DNA of 64,000 nucleotides, taken from the IMG/VR virus record IMGVR_UViG_638276472_000001, positions 14,297 to 78,296 of that record, one strand, 5' to 3'. The stretch is from a virus (taxonomy: Duplodnaviria > Caudoviricetes). The notes beneath the pieces were generated by a model. It was not told the DNA's origin. It ran no database searches and saw nothing but the letters and a program-made list of their open reading frames with translations. Position numbers and translations under genes: made by a program. Of this stretch, positions 46,855-54,245 are shown in pieces (within the stretch, counting starts at the first letter, position 1; each line of letters starts with the position of its first letter).

Positions 46855-46927
46855 GCCCCCATACCGGCGCGGTCCCCTACACCGTGAGCCGTAATGGACG
46901 ATGCAGGTTCGAATCCTGTTGGGGGCG
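46855..46927 (+). tRNA. D-armless tRNA-like gene, anticodon CCT (Arg?)
   Basis: Perfect acceptor GCCCCCA/TGGGGGC and canonical T arm. No D stem, 17-nt variable region. Confidence 0.6.
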
Positions 46928-46991
46928 CAAGGACCGACAGTGTTCTGATGTGGCAGAGGATAACCACAGCGCGCGCTTAACCTCTCATAAT

Positions 46992-47063
46992 TGCCCTATG
47001 GTGTAATTGACAGCACAGGTGGCTCTGAACCATCTAGTCGAGGTTTGAATCCTTGTGGGGCAG
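46992..47063 (+). tRNA. tRNA-Gln(CTG)
   Basis: U1:A72, loop CTCTGAA. Confidence 0.88.
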
Positions 47064-47281
47064 CGCAGAGTAGGCGTGACTGCCTACTTACCGTCTCGTC
47101 AACGGCAGGCCGGTGGGAAGCCCTGAAAAGAAATATCAGCCACACAGACTTTGATTGCGCACCTCGTGAGTCTACCTTCGGCGGAAGGCAAGTCACGGGG
47201 GAGGGCGGGTCAAAAAACCCCGCGTACACTGGGGCCGGATTGGGGTCGCGCTCATGAAAGTCCTGGCGGTTGCGGGTCAAT

Positions 47282-47353
47282 CCCGTCATAGTGTAGTGGT
47301 TAACACGCCAGCTTGTCACGCTGGTAGCGAGGGTTCAATTCCCTCTGGCGGGG
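47282..47353 (+). tRNA. tRNA-Asp(GTC)
   Basis: Loop TTGTCAC, G73. Confidence 0.92.
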
Positions 47354-47360
47354 CGTCAAT

Positions 47361-47434
47361 GGCTTTGTAGCTCAACGGTTTTAGAGCAGCTGTCTAGTAA
47401 ACAGCCGACCAGGGTTCGACTCCCTGCTTAGCCT
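47361..47434 (+). tRNA. tRNA-Thr(AGT)
   Basis: Loop CTAGTAA, two U-U mismatches in the acceptor stem. Confidence 0.8.
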
Positions 47435-47506
47435 CGCAGAAGGTTCGCTACCTTCAAACGTCGAAACCAGGCGGGGATAACGACGTTAAACCAGGCCCCG
47501 CCCAAT

Positions 47507-47578
47507 GGGGGCGTAGTATAACGGCAATTACTGTTGGCTCTTACCCTTCAGATGGGAGTTCGACTCTCCCCGCCCTCA
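47507..47578 (+). tRNA. tRNA-Lys(CTT)
   Basis: Loop CTCTTAC, two U-U mismatches in the anticodon stem. Confidence 0.82.
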
Positions 47579-47585
47579 CTTCAAT

Positions 47586-47661
47586 GCCGGTGTGACAGAA
47601 CGATTTATGTGGCAGTCTGCAAAACTGACCTAAGCGGGTTTGACTCCCGCCACCGGTTCCA
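47586..47661 (+). tRNA. tRNA-Cys(GCA)
   Basis: Loop CTGCAAA, U73, encoded CCA. Confidence 0.88.
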
Positions 47662-47663
47662 AT

Positions 47664-47735
47664 TGGCCCGTAGTTCAACGGTAAGAACGGATCGCTGATA
47701 ACGATCAGACAAGAGTTCAACTCTCTTCGGGCCAA
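47664..47735 (+). tRNA. tRNA-Ile(GAT)
   Basis: Loop CTGATAA. Confidence 0.92.
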
Positions 47736-47842
47736 CGTTTAAGGTCGAAGCCGCAAAAGGCTAGTGATGCCAGGTAACTGGGTTAAGCACCGATGTGGGG
47801 TGTCCGTAACGAATCGACCTGGGGCAGTTACCCCACTTCAAT

Positions 47843-47915
47843 GCCCGTGTAGCTCAGTGGATAGAGCCGTGGCCTACGAAGCCATGGGCCGGGGGTTCGA
47901 ATCCCTCCACGGGTA
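47843..47915 (+). tRNA. tRNA-Arg(ACG)
   Basis: Canonical cloverleaf, loop CTACGAA. Confidence 0.94.
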
Positions 47916-47940
47916 CGTCAGGGCCTAGTAATGGCCCTTT

Positions 47941-48022
47941 GGAGAGTGATGCAACAGGGTGGTTGCACTCGCCTGCTAAGCGATGTGTCTGCAAGGATCA
48001 CGTTCAACTCGTGCTCTCTCCG
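47941..48022 (+). tRNA. tRNA-Ser(GCT), non-canonical fold
   Basis: Loop CTGCTAA, long variable arm, G73, 6-bp D stem, 4-bp T stem. Confidence 0.8.
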
Positions 48023-48024
48023 CT

Positions 48025-48098
48025 GTGTCTGTAGCTCAATGGTAGAGCCTCCCGCTGTGACCGGGACGACGACGGGTCAGAACCGTCCAGACACCCCA
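48025..48098 (+). tRNA. tRNA-His(GTG)
   Basis: Loop CTGTGAC, C73, encoded CCA, atypical T loop GTCAGAA. Confidence 0.85.
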
Positions 48099-48158
48099 CT
48101 TGGTTTCCTTAGACGCCAGAGGAACGTAAGCAGTCACAGGGGCGAGACTGGCCATAAT

Positions 48159-48243
48159 GGAGGGTAACGCCGGAAGGTACCGGCAGCGGTGTCGAATACC
48201 GTGTGGGTAGCCAATCCCAGGAGTTCAAGTCTTCTGCCCTTCG
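48159..48243 (+). tRNA. tRNA-Ser(CGA)
   Basis: Long variable arm, G73, loop GTCGAAT. Confidence 0.82.
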
Positions 48244-48313
48244 CGTGCGTGACCAAAAGACATGACGAAACCCGGCACCCCTCGACAATGCCGGATCTCG
48301 TTCTGTCACAGTG

Positions 48314-48631
48314 TTATTGAATGTAGCCTTCGTTGTAGGCGGCAAGTACCGAACGGGTGATACGAGGCAATGTTGCTCCGTAGCCCCACAATTCGGTGTC
48401 GTGGAAGTAGTGCATGGCCACTCGCTGAGCTGTTCGCTTGGTGTCGAATGGTCCCTCCACCACTTCCGCGTCCCGATGGCCATCACCGTCTTTTTCCCAG
48501 ATGGTGAGTACCCATTCGGGGTATGTCGATTCTTTGCGGCGCATGGTCACAAAGATCTCTTCTTCGGTCTCCGCTTGGTAGACCCCGGTGTCAACGCGGA
48601 CCCACTTGAGGTCCTGATCTGCATCTGTCAT
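48314..48631 (-). CDS. hypothetical protein antisense within the tRNA array
   Basis: 105 aa, MTDADQDLKWVRV...GPFDTKRTAQ, fills the only large gap in the array. Confidence 0.7.
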   Translation of the reverse strand: MTDADQDLKWVRVDTGVYQAETEEEIFVTMRRKESTYPEWVLTIWEKDGDGHRDAEVVEGPFDTKRTAQRVAMHYFHDTELWGYGATLPRITRSVLAAYNEGYIQ

Positions 48632-48729
48632 ACCTGCAATGTTACTCCCAAACCTGGGAATTCCCTTGTGGAGCACTGTTGATCATCGTATTACATAAGA
48701 TGCGATTCACGTTTTTGCCATTAACTAAT

Positions 48730-48801
48730 GGTTCCGTGGTGTAACGGTTAGCACCTGGGTCTTTCAAGCCCAAGGTCAGGGTTCAACTCCCTGCGGAACT
48801 G
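48730..48801 (+). tRNA. tRNA-Glu(TTC)
   Basis: Loop CTTTCAA. Confidence 0.92.
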
Positions 48802-48806
48802 CGCAT

Positions 48807-48877
48807 GGCCCACTGGTGTAATGGGAACACGCCACCCCCTCAAGGTGGAGTCAGGGGTTCAATTCCCCTGTGGGCTA
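48807..48877 (+). tRNA. tRNA-Glu(CTC)
   Basis: Loop CCCTCAA (C33). Confidence 0.87.
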
Positions 48878-48883
48878 CTCTAT

Positions 48884-48954
48884 TCCGGTATCGTTCAAAG
48901 GCAGGACACCAAGCTGTTAACTTGGCTATGTTGGTTCGATCCCAGCTACCGGAG
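48884..48954 (+). tRNA. tRNA-Asn(GTT)
   Basis: Loop CTGTTAA, G73. Confidence 0.92.
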
Positions 48955-48959
48955 CAACC

Positions 48960-48990
48960 ACCCCGTCTCCTCGTGAGGCGGGGTTTTTTT
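48960..48990 (+). terminator. intrinsic terminator closing the tRNA array
   Basis: ACCCCGTCTC-loop-GAGGCGGGGT followed by a T run. Confidence 0.9.
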
Positions 48991-49030
48991 ATGCCCAGGC
49001 CCCAGAAATGATGGGTGATAGGTTAGCTGC

Positions 49031-49276
49031 ATGGCATTGAAAGACCGGCTCAAGATCATGCATGAGGAAAGAAATACGCAGGTCAGGTACCTGCGTATCA
49101 CCCCTCTGCTGAGCGGCGGCTGCCGACTGGGTGTGACCGCCGAAGATCTGTACGAAGTCTTCGGGGGGTATGTGGGCAGCGGGTATGTCCTGAAGTCTGC
49201 CGACAAGGGCGATGACGGGTCGTGGGAGTTTGCTCTGGAGATGACCGACTTCACGATGAAGCCCGTTGAACCCTGA
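49031..49276 (+). CDS. hypothetical protein
   Basis: 81-aa ORF after the terminator. Confidence 0.65.
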   Translation: MALKDRLKIMHEERNTQVRYLRITPLLSGGCRLGVTAEDLYEVFGGYVGSGYVLKSADKGDDGSWEFALEMTDFTMKPVEP

Positions 49277-49368
49277 TTTTGACCTGCCGTTCAAACGGTG
49301 CCTGTTTCAGGGCATGCCTGATTGGACGGTGCGGTGTCCCCCGAAGTGTTGGCTGAAGAGAGAAGCTG

Positions 49369-49485
49369 ATGAGCAAGCATCTGACAAGTCAGACCAGGCG
49401 TCTGGCACGTAGCCTGTGGATCATCCCGTCGTTGGGCCTGGTGGCCACGGTGGTGGGTCTCGTGATCGTAGCGGTGGCGCTGTGA
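49369..49485 (+). CDS. small membrane protein (38 aa)
   Basis: MSKHLTSQTRRLARSLWIIPSLGLVATVVGLVIVAVAL. Confidence 0.5.
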   Translation: MSKHLTSQTRRLARSLWIIPSLGLVATVVGLVIVAVAL

Positions 49486-49803
49486 CTCGGCAGGTGATTG
49501 CTGTATTCATGGTGATCGTGTTGGTGTTGGTTCTGGCAGGAATGGTGTGACATGAAATGTCCTAAGTGCGGCAAAGAAATTGGCTACTTCCCGGCGAAGG
49601 ATGGCCGCGACAAGCCAGCAGAGCCTCCGAAATGCCCGCGCCGATAAGGAATCTCAAGCTTCGCCTGGCTGAGCGGTGGATGAAAGCTTGCCTTGCCGAG
49701 CCAATAGGGGTAAATACCACTGCCGTAAGGGTTTTCGGGCGTGACCGGAAGTACCCCGGTGTCATCTTCGATTTCAGCGCGAGGAAAGAGTGAGGGCCAT
49801 CAG

Positions 49804-49995
49804 GTGGGAGAAGCATCTGGGCACGGAAAGCCCTTGGAAGAGGCCGCTATTCGGTTCAGGGTTAGCGTTGGCGAGTTCAGCCAAGACTACGAAGTCCCAA
49901 CCCAACGACGGTTCTACTGGAGGGTGGGGTTCGTCGCAGGGTTCCTCGCGGCGCACGGCTACAGCCCCGAAGAGATCAAGGTAGAGATCCTGTGA
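49804..49995 (+). CDS. hypothetical protein
   Basis: Stop overlaps the next start (GTGA). Start position uncertain. Confidence 0.5.
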   Translation: MGEASGHGKPLEEAAIRFRVSVGEFSQDYEVPTQRRFYWRVGFVAGFLAAHGYSPEEIKVEIL

Positions 49996-50426
49996 GAGTT
50001 TTGATTTCCGGCTCCCGCAATTGGCCTTCGTTCCGCATGGTGCAGAACATTCTCAATGATGCGTACTGGCGCGCTGAAGAGGCGGGGGATCTTCCTCTCC
50101 GTGTGCGTCATGGCAATGCACCGGGGGCTGACACGTGTGCGGCTGCGTGGGTGAGGATGGCCCAGCGTGCCGACTGGGATGTGTACAACGAATCGTTTCC
50201 GGCTGAGTGGCAGCACGAGGGGTGTACTCATCCGAAGGGGGTTCGCAACGGGGACTGGTATTGCAAGGCTGCTGGTCCGTTGCGCAACCAGCGGATGCTT
50301 GACCATCCCGGCAGGATCGATGAGGCGCATTTCTTCCCCGCCGAGGATTCTCGTGGCACGTGGGATATGTGGGATCGTGCTGAGGCTGCGGGCATTCCGT
50401 GTTTCAACCATGGAGCTGAACGATGA
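49992..50426 (+). CDS. SLOG superfamily protein (YspA/DUF2493-like)
   Basis: VLISGSRNW...HGNAPGAD...AAGPLRNQRM...SRGTWDM. Confidence 0.88.
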   Translation: MRVLISGSRNWPSFRMVQNILNDAYWRAEEAGDLPLRVRHGNAPGADTCAAAWVRMAQRADWDVYNESFPAEWQHEGCTHPKGVRNGDWYCKAAGPLRNQRMLDHPGRIDEAHFFPAEDSRGTWDMWDRAEAAGIPCFNHGAER

Positions 50427-50641
50427 GTCAGAGCAAGGCACCCGGCGAAACCCCAAGGCGCACACACAATCAGTGCCGGATCGTCGTGACACTTTTCGCA
50501 GAATCAGATAACCCACTGCCGTTCGGTACTGACGTGATGGACGTGGCCCGAAAGCTGATCCACGATAACATGGAGGTCAGTGAGTTGTTCAGTCTGCCAG
50601 GGATTTCCATCACCGGCACCGACATTCAGGTGAGTAAATGA
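50423..50641 (+). CDS. hypothetical protein
   Basis: ATGA overlaps at both ends. Confidence 0.7.
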   Translation: MSQSKAPGETPRRTHNQCRIVVTLFAESDNPLPFGTDVMDVARKLIHDNMEVSELFSLPGISITGTDIQVSK

Positions 50642-51153
50642 GACACATCATTGTGGTTGATGTCGAGACCACGGGCTTGGGGTTGAACCCCACCATTCTT
50701 GAGGTGGCTGCCAAAGACCTGATGACAGATCGGGTGTTGTCGTTCATTCCGAACGTTCCATCGTCGTGCTGGGCTGGTCTTGATCCGCAGGCGATGGCGA
50801 TCAATCGGTACTTCGAGCGTGGGTCGTGGAGGGATATGCTCACCCCGAATGAGACCCGTGATGCTTACGCGGAACTGCGGGATATGTTGGATGGCAACAC
50901 CTTTGCGGGATCGAATCCATCGTTCGACTCAAAGTTGTTGGCGCGCAATGGTGCTGTGACGTGGCATCACCGGCTACTGGACCTTGCTGCCTACGCGGCT
51001 GGTGTATTGGATCTGAACCCATGGGAGCTACCGGGTCTCGATGACGTGGCGAAGGCGTTGGGTATCCCCATCCCCGAGGAACGGCACGGTGCCCTGGCAG
51101 ACGTGGAGCTGACCGCTCAGTGCTTCCGCACCCTGTATAGAGAAAGAGCCTAA
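50638..51153 (+). CDS. DnaQ-like (DEDDh) 3'-5' exonuclease
   Basis: DVETTG, NPSFD and HGALAD. Confidence 0.9.
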   Translation: MRHIIVVDVETTGLGLNPTILEVAAKDLMTDRVLSFIPNVPSSCWAGLDPQAMAINRYFERGSWRDMLTPNETRDAYAELRDMLDGNTFAGSNPSFDSKLLARNGAVTWHHRLLDLAAYAAGVLDLNPWELPGLDDVAKALGIPIPEERHGALADVELTAQCFRTLYRERA

Positions 51154-51157
51154 AAAC

Positions 51158-51919
51158 GTGAGCACCGTATACTTCACGTCCGATATCCATATCGGTCACC
51201 TGTCCATTGCCAAGATGCGTTGTGCTGCATTCAATTCCGATCTGTATGATGCGCGCACCGAGGACAATGAGTTCGATGAGTGGGAGCAGGATGTCACCGA
51301 CTGGCACGACACCTGGCTTGCTCAGATCTGGGATGAGACACTGAGTTTCGGCGATCAGCTGTGGGTGCTGGGCGACATCTCTTCTGGCACAAAGGCATCG
51401 CAAATGGGTGCGTTGGAGTGGGTGCGGGAACGTGCCGAGAACACCGGCGCTGAGCTGCATCTCATCGCGGGCAATCATGACGATGCTCATCCTATGCACC
51501 GGGATTCGTACAAGTGGCTGCCGATCTACCTGGGTGTGTTCAATACCGTACAGGCGTATGGTAGGCGTCGAATCCCTTACTACACAGGGGGACACGCTGA
51601 CGCCTTCCTGTCTCACTTCCCGTACCACGGGGACCATGGCAAAGAACGCTATGTGCAGTACCGTCTTCCGGACTTGGGTCGGGACTTCGTGATCCACGGT
51701 CACACCCATTCAGCGAAGCGTTTCGTGGGTCGCCAGTTGCACGTGGGTGTTGATGCCTGGGCGGGTCAGTTGGTGCCGGTGCAGACGATCAACGATTACG
51801 TGAACGGGAAGCTGGCCAATCGACCCTCTGATCGCGTCGTAGAGGCCCCAGAAACTTCGGGGGATACGATCACACCAGAGGCCCTGACTAAAGCGGTCTA
51901 CGGAAGCCTGGGACGGTAG
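51158..51919 (+). CDS. calcineurin-like metallophosphoesterase
   Basis: SDIHIGH, LGDIS, GNHD, SHFP and HGHTH. Confidence 0.93.
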   Translation: MSTVYFTSDIHIGHLSIAKMRCAAFNSDLYDARTEDNEFDEWEQDVTDWHDTWLAQIWDETLSFGDQLWVLGDISSGTKASQMGALEWVRERAENTGAELHLIAGNHDDAHPMHRDSYKWLPIYLGVFNTVQAYGRRRIPYYTGGHADAFLSHFPYHGDHGKERYVQYRLPDLGRDFVIHGHTHSAKRFVGRQLHVGVDAWAGQLVPVQTINDYVNGKLANRPSDRVVEAPETSGDTITPEALTKAVYGSLGR

Positions 51920-51924
51920 GAATC

Positions 51925-52059
51925 ATGGATGAGTTCGTGGCCTGGTGCCAGCTCAAGTTGTACTGCTGGTGGTACACGCTTGGTTTGACCAAGCAGCAGC
52001 GGGAAGAGAACCGGATCGCCCTGGAGAACTGGGAGCATCAGCGTAAGGACTGCTCATGA
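51925..52059 (+). CDS. small hypothetical protein (44 aa)
   Basis: SD AGGA, ATGA overlap with the next gene. Confidence 0.55.
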   Translation: MDEFVAWCQLKLYCWWYTLGLTKQQREENRIALENWEHQRKDCS

Positions 52060-52241
52060 CCGGGAACCCTGTCGCTATCGCGGCTGTGCTCACCGTGCTG
52101 ACTGTCCTTGCGCCCGTGTGGGTTCCGATTGACCTGACTCTGAAGGCGTTGGGTCGCAGGGGATTTGCCCGCATCGAGGACGACGGTAAGGGTAGGGCCT
52201 TCGTGTTCTACTGGAGCGGACGCATCTGGGAGAAGTGGTGA
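52056..52241 (+). CDS. small membrane protein
   Basis: N-terminal TM segment. Confidence 0.6.
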   Translation: MTGNPVAIAAVLTVLTVLAPVWVPIDLTLKALGRRGFARIEDDGKGRAFVFYWSGRIWEKW

Positions 52242-52438
52242 AGTGCGTATGTGGGCACCGGCACGAGGAAGCGTGTGACTGTGGGTGTGTGGACTTTCTT
52301 CCGGACGATGGGGAAGCGGGGTACTCGGGGATCTGGTACCCACCCTCAGGGGGCGGAATGTGCGGCAAGCGAGACTACCCAATCGGCTTTGGCCTTAAGG
52401 GTTTACAACGAAGACCGGATGTTCAATCTCCTAGCTGA
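52238..52438 (+). CDS. small Cys/His-rich protein
   Basis: CVCGHRHEEACDCGC. Confidence 0.55.
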   Translation: MKCVCGHRHEEACDCGCVDFLPDDGEAGYSGIWYPPSGGGMCGKRDYPIGFGLKGLQRRPDVQSPS

Positions 52439-52568
52439 GTTCTTTACTGACCTCTTCGGGTACACGAAACGCATTGTGTCCATTGAGTTTTTGTACTTCG
52501 CCTACGATGGGTATCTGGTGTGGCGTATCGAATTCGAAGATGGCACAAGGGTTGAGGAGCTAGTGTGA
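52419..52568 (+). CDS. small hypothetical protein
   Basis: MFNLLAEFF..., GTGA overlap with the next gene. Confidence 0.55.
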   Translation: MFNLLAEFFTDLFGYTKRIVSIEFLYFAYDGYLVWRIEFEDGTRVEELV

Positions 52569-52784
52569 TCGAGGTCCCCATCAAGATCAATGCGGATACC
52601 ATTGGTACCGTTGAGATTCGGCGCACTCACACCAGGGCCAACGGACTGCACTACTACGACTGGCACCTTTACGAGGGCGGCACTATTTCCGCTGAGGGTG
52701 CACTGTACCACGGCTGAGGAAATGGGAGCCTACGTCCTGGTGGCGGCTGTGATGAATCAGGTTGTGGCATGGATACTTCGATGA
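52565..52784 (+). pseudogene. small gene apparently split by a +1 frameshift near 52712
   Basis: MIEVPIKIN...ALYHG* continues as AEEMGAYVLVAAV...ILR* in the +1 frame. Confidence 0.45.
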
Positions 52785-52975
52785 AACCCACTGCCCCGAA
52801 AGGGAAGTTGCCCTGTGGCCACCCTGCCTACGTGTACGACATGGAGCGTGGATGCATGGCCGTGCTGCATCTAACACCTGAAGGATATGTGTTGTGCGGC
52901 ACCGACTTTGACTGTGTGATGCAGTGGGGGAGCCGGTACCCAGCTCGATACATCGTTGTCGGCGGGGATATGTAA
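52781..52975 (+). CDS. hypothetical protein
   Basis: ATGA overlap, last rightward gene. Confidence 0.6.
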   Translation: MKPTAPKGKLPCGHPAYVYDMERGCMAVLHLTPEGYVLCGTDFDCVMQWGSRYPARYIVVGGDM

Positions 52976-53006
52976 AGTAAGTTGATCTAACTAATTTTGG
53001 ACAAAT

Positions 53007-53042
53007 AAAAAAGAGAAGCCCCAGGCCCGAAAAGCCTGGGGT
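53007..53042 (-). terminator. intrinsic terminator of the leftward operon
   Basis: Minus strand ACCCCAGGC-TTTTCGG-GCCTGGGGC-TTCTCTTTTTT. Confidence 0.85.
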
Positions 53043-53057
53043 CCCCCGTATCTCCTC

Positions 53058-53237
53058 TCAGCAGTGTCGGCGCGTAGCCTTCCCCGCGTGGTGGAAGTAT
53101 CCGCACTGGCAGTGGTAGACCTGCATCGGTCGGGCCTTCCCTTTGCCACGCCGAGCGCGACGCTCCATGTCACGAATCGCTTTCTTGGCCTGAGCTTTTG
53201 TGCTGAAGGCTTCCTTGTATGGGTTCGGGCAAGTCAT
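53058..53237 (-). CDS. small basic Zn-finger-like protein (59 aa, not in ORF track)
   Basis: MTCPNPYKEAF...VYHCQCGYFH, TGATG overlap. Confidence 0.7.
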   Translation of the reverse strand: MTCPNPYKEAFSTKAQAKKAIRDMERRARRGKGKARPMQVYHCQCGYFHHAGKATRRHC

Positions 53238-53728
53238 CAGAGATCCGCTTCCCGTGCTAGGTAGTCGATCACGGCATCGTCGTCCTTGCCCGCGATCAGC
53301 ATCTCCAGCGCTGTCAGGACTGCGTCGCGCTTCAGCATTGAGCTGAACAGGTAGTAGGTAACGTTCTCTTCAAGGCCCAGCATTTTCGCTGCCAGGTCAG
53401 GCACGTAGTACAGCTTCCCGTCGTATTCGACTGTCCGCAGGAGCAGTGAGGTCACCCGTTGTGCGCGGCAGTTGGTATCGAATTCGAAGATGGTGTCCAA
53501 GTCGTGAGGCTTGGCACCGTTGAGCAGTACCGTCCACCCTGCCGAGCATGCTGCCGTGCCACAGGTGAGGGGGGCGGTGTGCATCGCCTTGCGATATTCG
53601 CCGAGGTATTCGTTGATCCTGTTTGGGTGAAGGTCCACGGAGACCCGGCCCCAGATTGTCTGATCGTGTGCGTCGGGGTGCTCCGACAGGAAGTGGTGCA
53701 ACCCCATCAGCGCGAGTGTGTTCCTCAT
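53237..53728 (-). CDS. hypothetical protein
   Basis: HPDAHDQTIW...CGTAACSAGW family, SD GAAAGGA. Confidence 0.8.
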   Translation of the reverse strand: MRNTLALMGLHHFLSEHPDAHDQTIWGRVSVDLHPNRINEYLGEYRKAMHTAPLTCGTAACSAGWTVLLNGAKPHDLDTIFEFDTNCRAQRVTSLLLRTVEYDGKLYYVPDLAAKMLGLEENVTYYLFSSMLKRDAVLTALEMLIAGKDDDAVIDYLAREADL

Positions 53729-53761
53729 GATTTCCTTTCCGTCCCAATACTTTTGGGATCG

Positions 53762-53801
53762 TGGGGTGCCGGGAATCGAACCCGGTTGAACCATTCACCC
53801 C
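53762..53801 (-). ncRNA. mini tRNA-like element (acceptor plus T arm)
   Basis: GGGGTG-AATGGTTCAA-CCGGG-TTCGATT-CCCGG-CACCCC-A. Confidence 0.7.
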
Positions 53802-53808
53802 GACCTAT

Positions 53809-53976
53809 TTAGTTGTCGATTTCGTTGTGTACCAACGTCTTTCCGTCCTCACTCACGTGGGGGCGGCAGGGGCACGCGGCGCTCAGCTTGTGCTTGCCGA
53901 ATTTGTGCCCCGACCAGGCAAGCTGGTCCTGGTAGTTCAGGACGATGCTCCCGTGTGGGAAGTGGTGGTCACTCAT
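53809..53976 (-). CDS. small hypothetical protein (55 aa)
   Basis: H...CPCRPH...HN motif, ATGA overlap. Confidence 0.65.
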   Translation of the reverse strand: MSDHHFPHGSIVLNYQDQLAWSGHKFGKHKLSAACPCRPHVSEDGKTLVHNEIDN

Positions 53977-54242
53977 CGCAGGTCTCCAATCTTGCCGGTG
54001 TCCAGCATCCGGACACGCTTTCCCTTGTGGGTCAGGATGGTTCCCGCATCATCAGCGGATGTGTATCCGTCCAACTCAGCCTGGCGTGTGGTCACGTACC
54101 ACACCTCCAGTTCGGGATGCTTCGAGTTGACCTCTCGCGCAAGGTCTGTCGCGCCCTCCCAGTCTGTGGCCACGTCAGTGACCCGCTTGAAGTGATTCGC
54201 GCGCGGCTTGCGATACGCGATGGTCCAGTAGTTCTTACCCAT
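53973..54242 (-). CDS. hypothetical protein
   Basis: 89 aa in operon. Confidence 0.75.
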   Translation of the reverse strand: MGKNYWTIAYRKPRANHFKRVTDVATDWEGATDLAREVNSKHPELEVWYVTTRQAELDGYTSADDAGTILTHKGKRVRMLDTGKIGDLR

Positions 54243-54245
54243 GAT

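Noticed and set aside
46855-46927. Amber suppressor or pyrrolysine tRNA (CTA)
   Set aside because: CTA is off-centre in the 7-nt loop, and genes use TAG as a normal stop.
44618-48300. ORF-track proteins overlapping tmRNA and tRNAs
   Set aside because: They are spurious frames across RNA genes.
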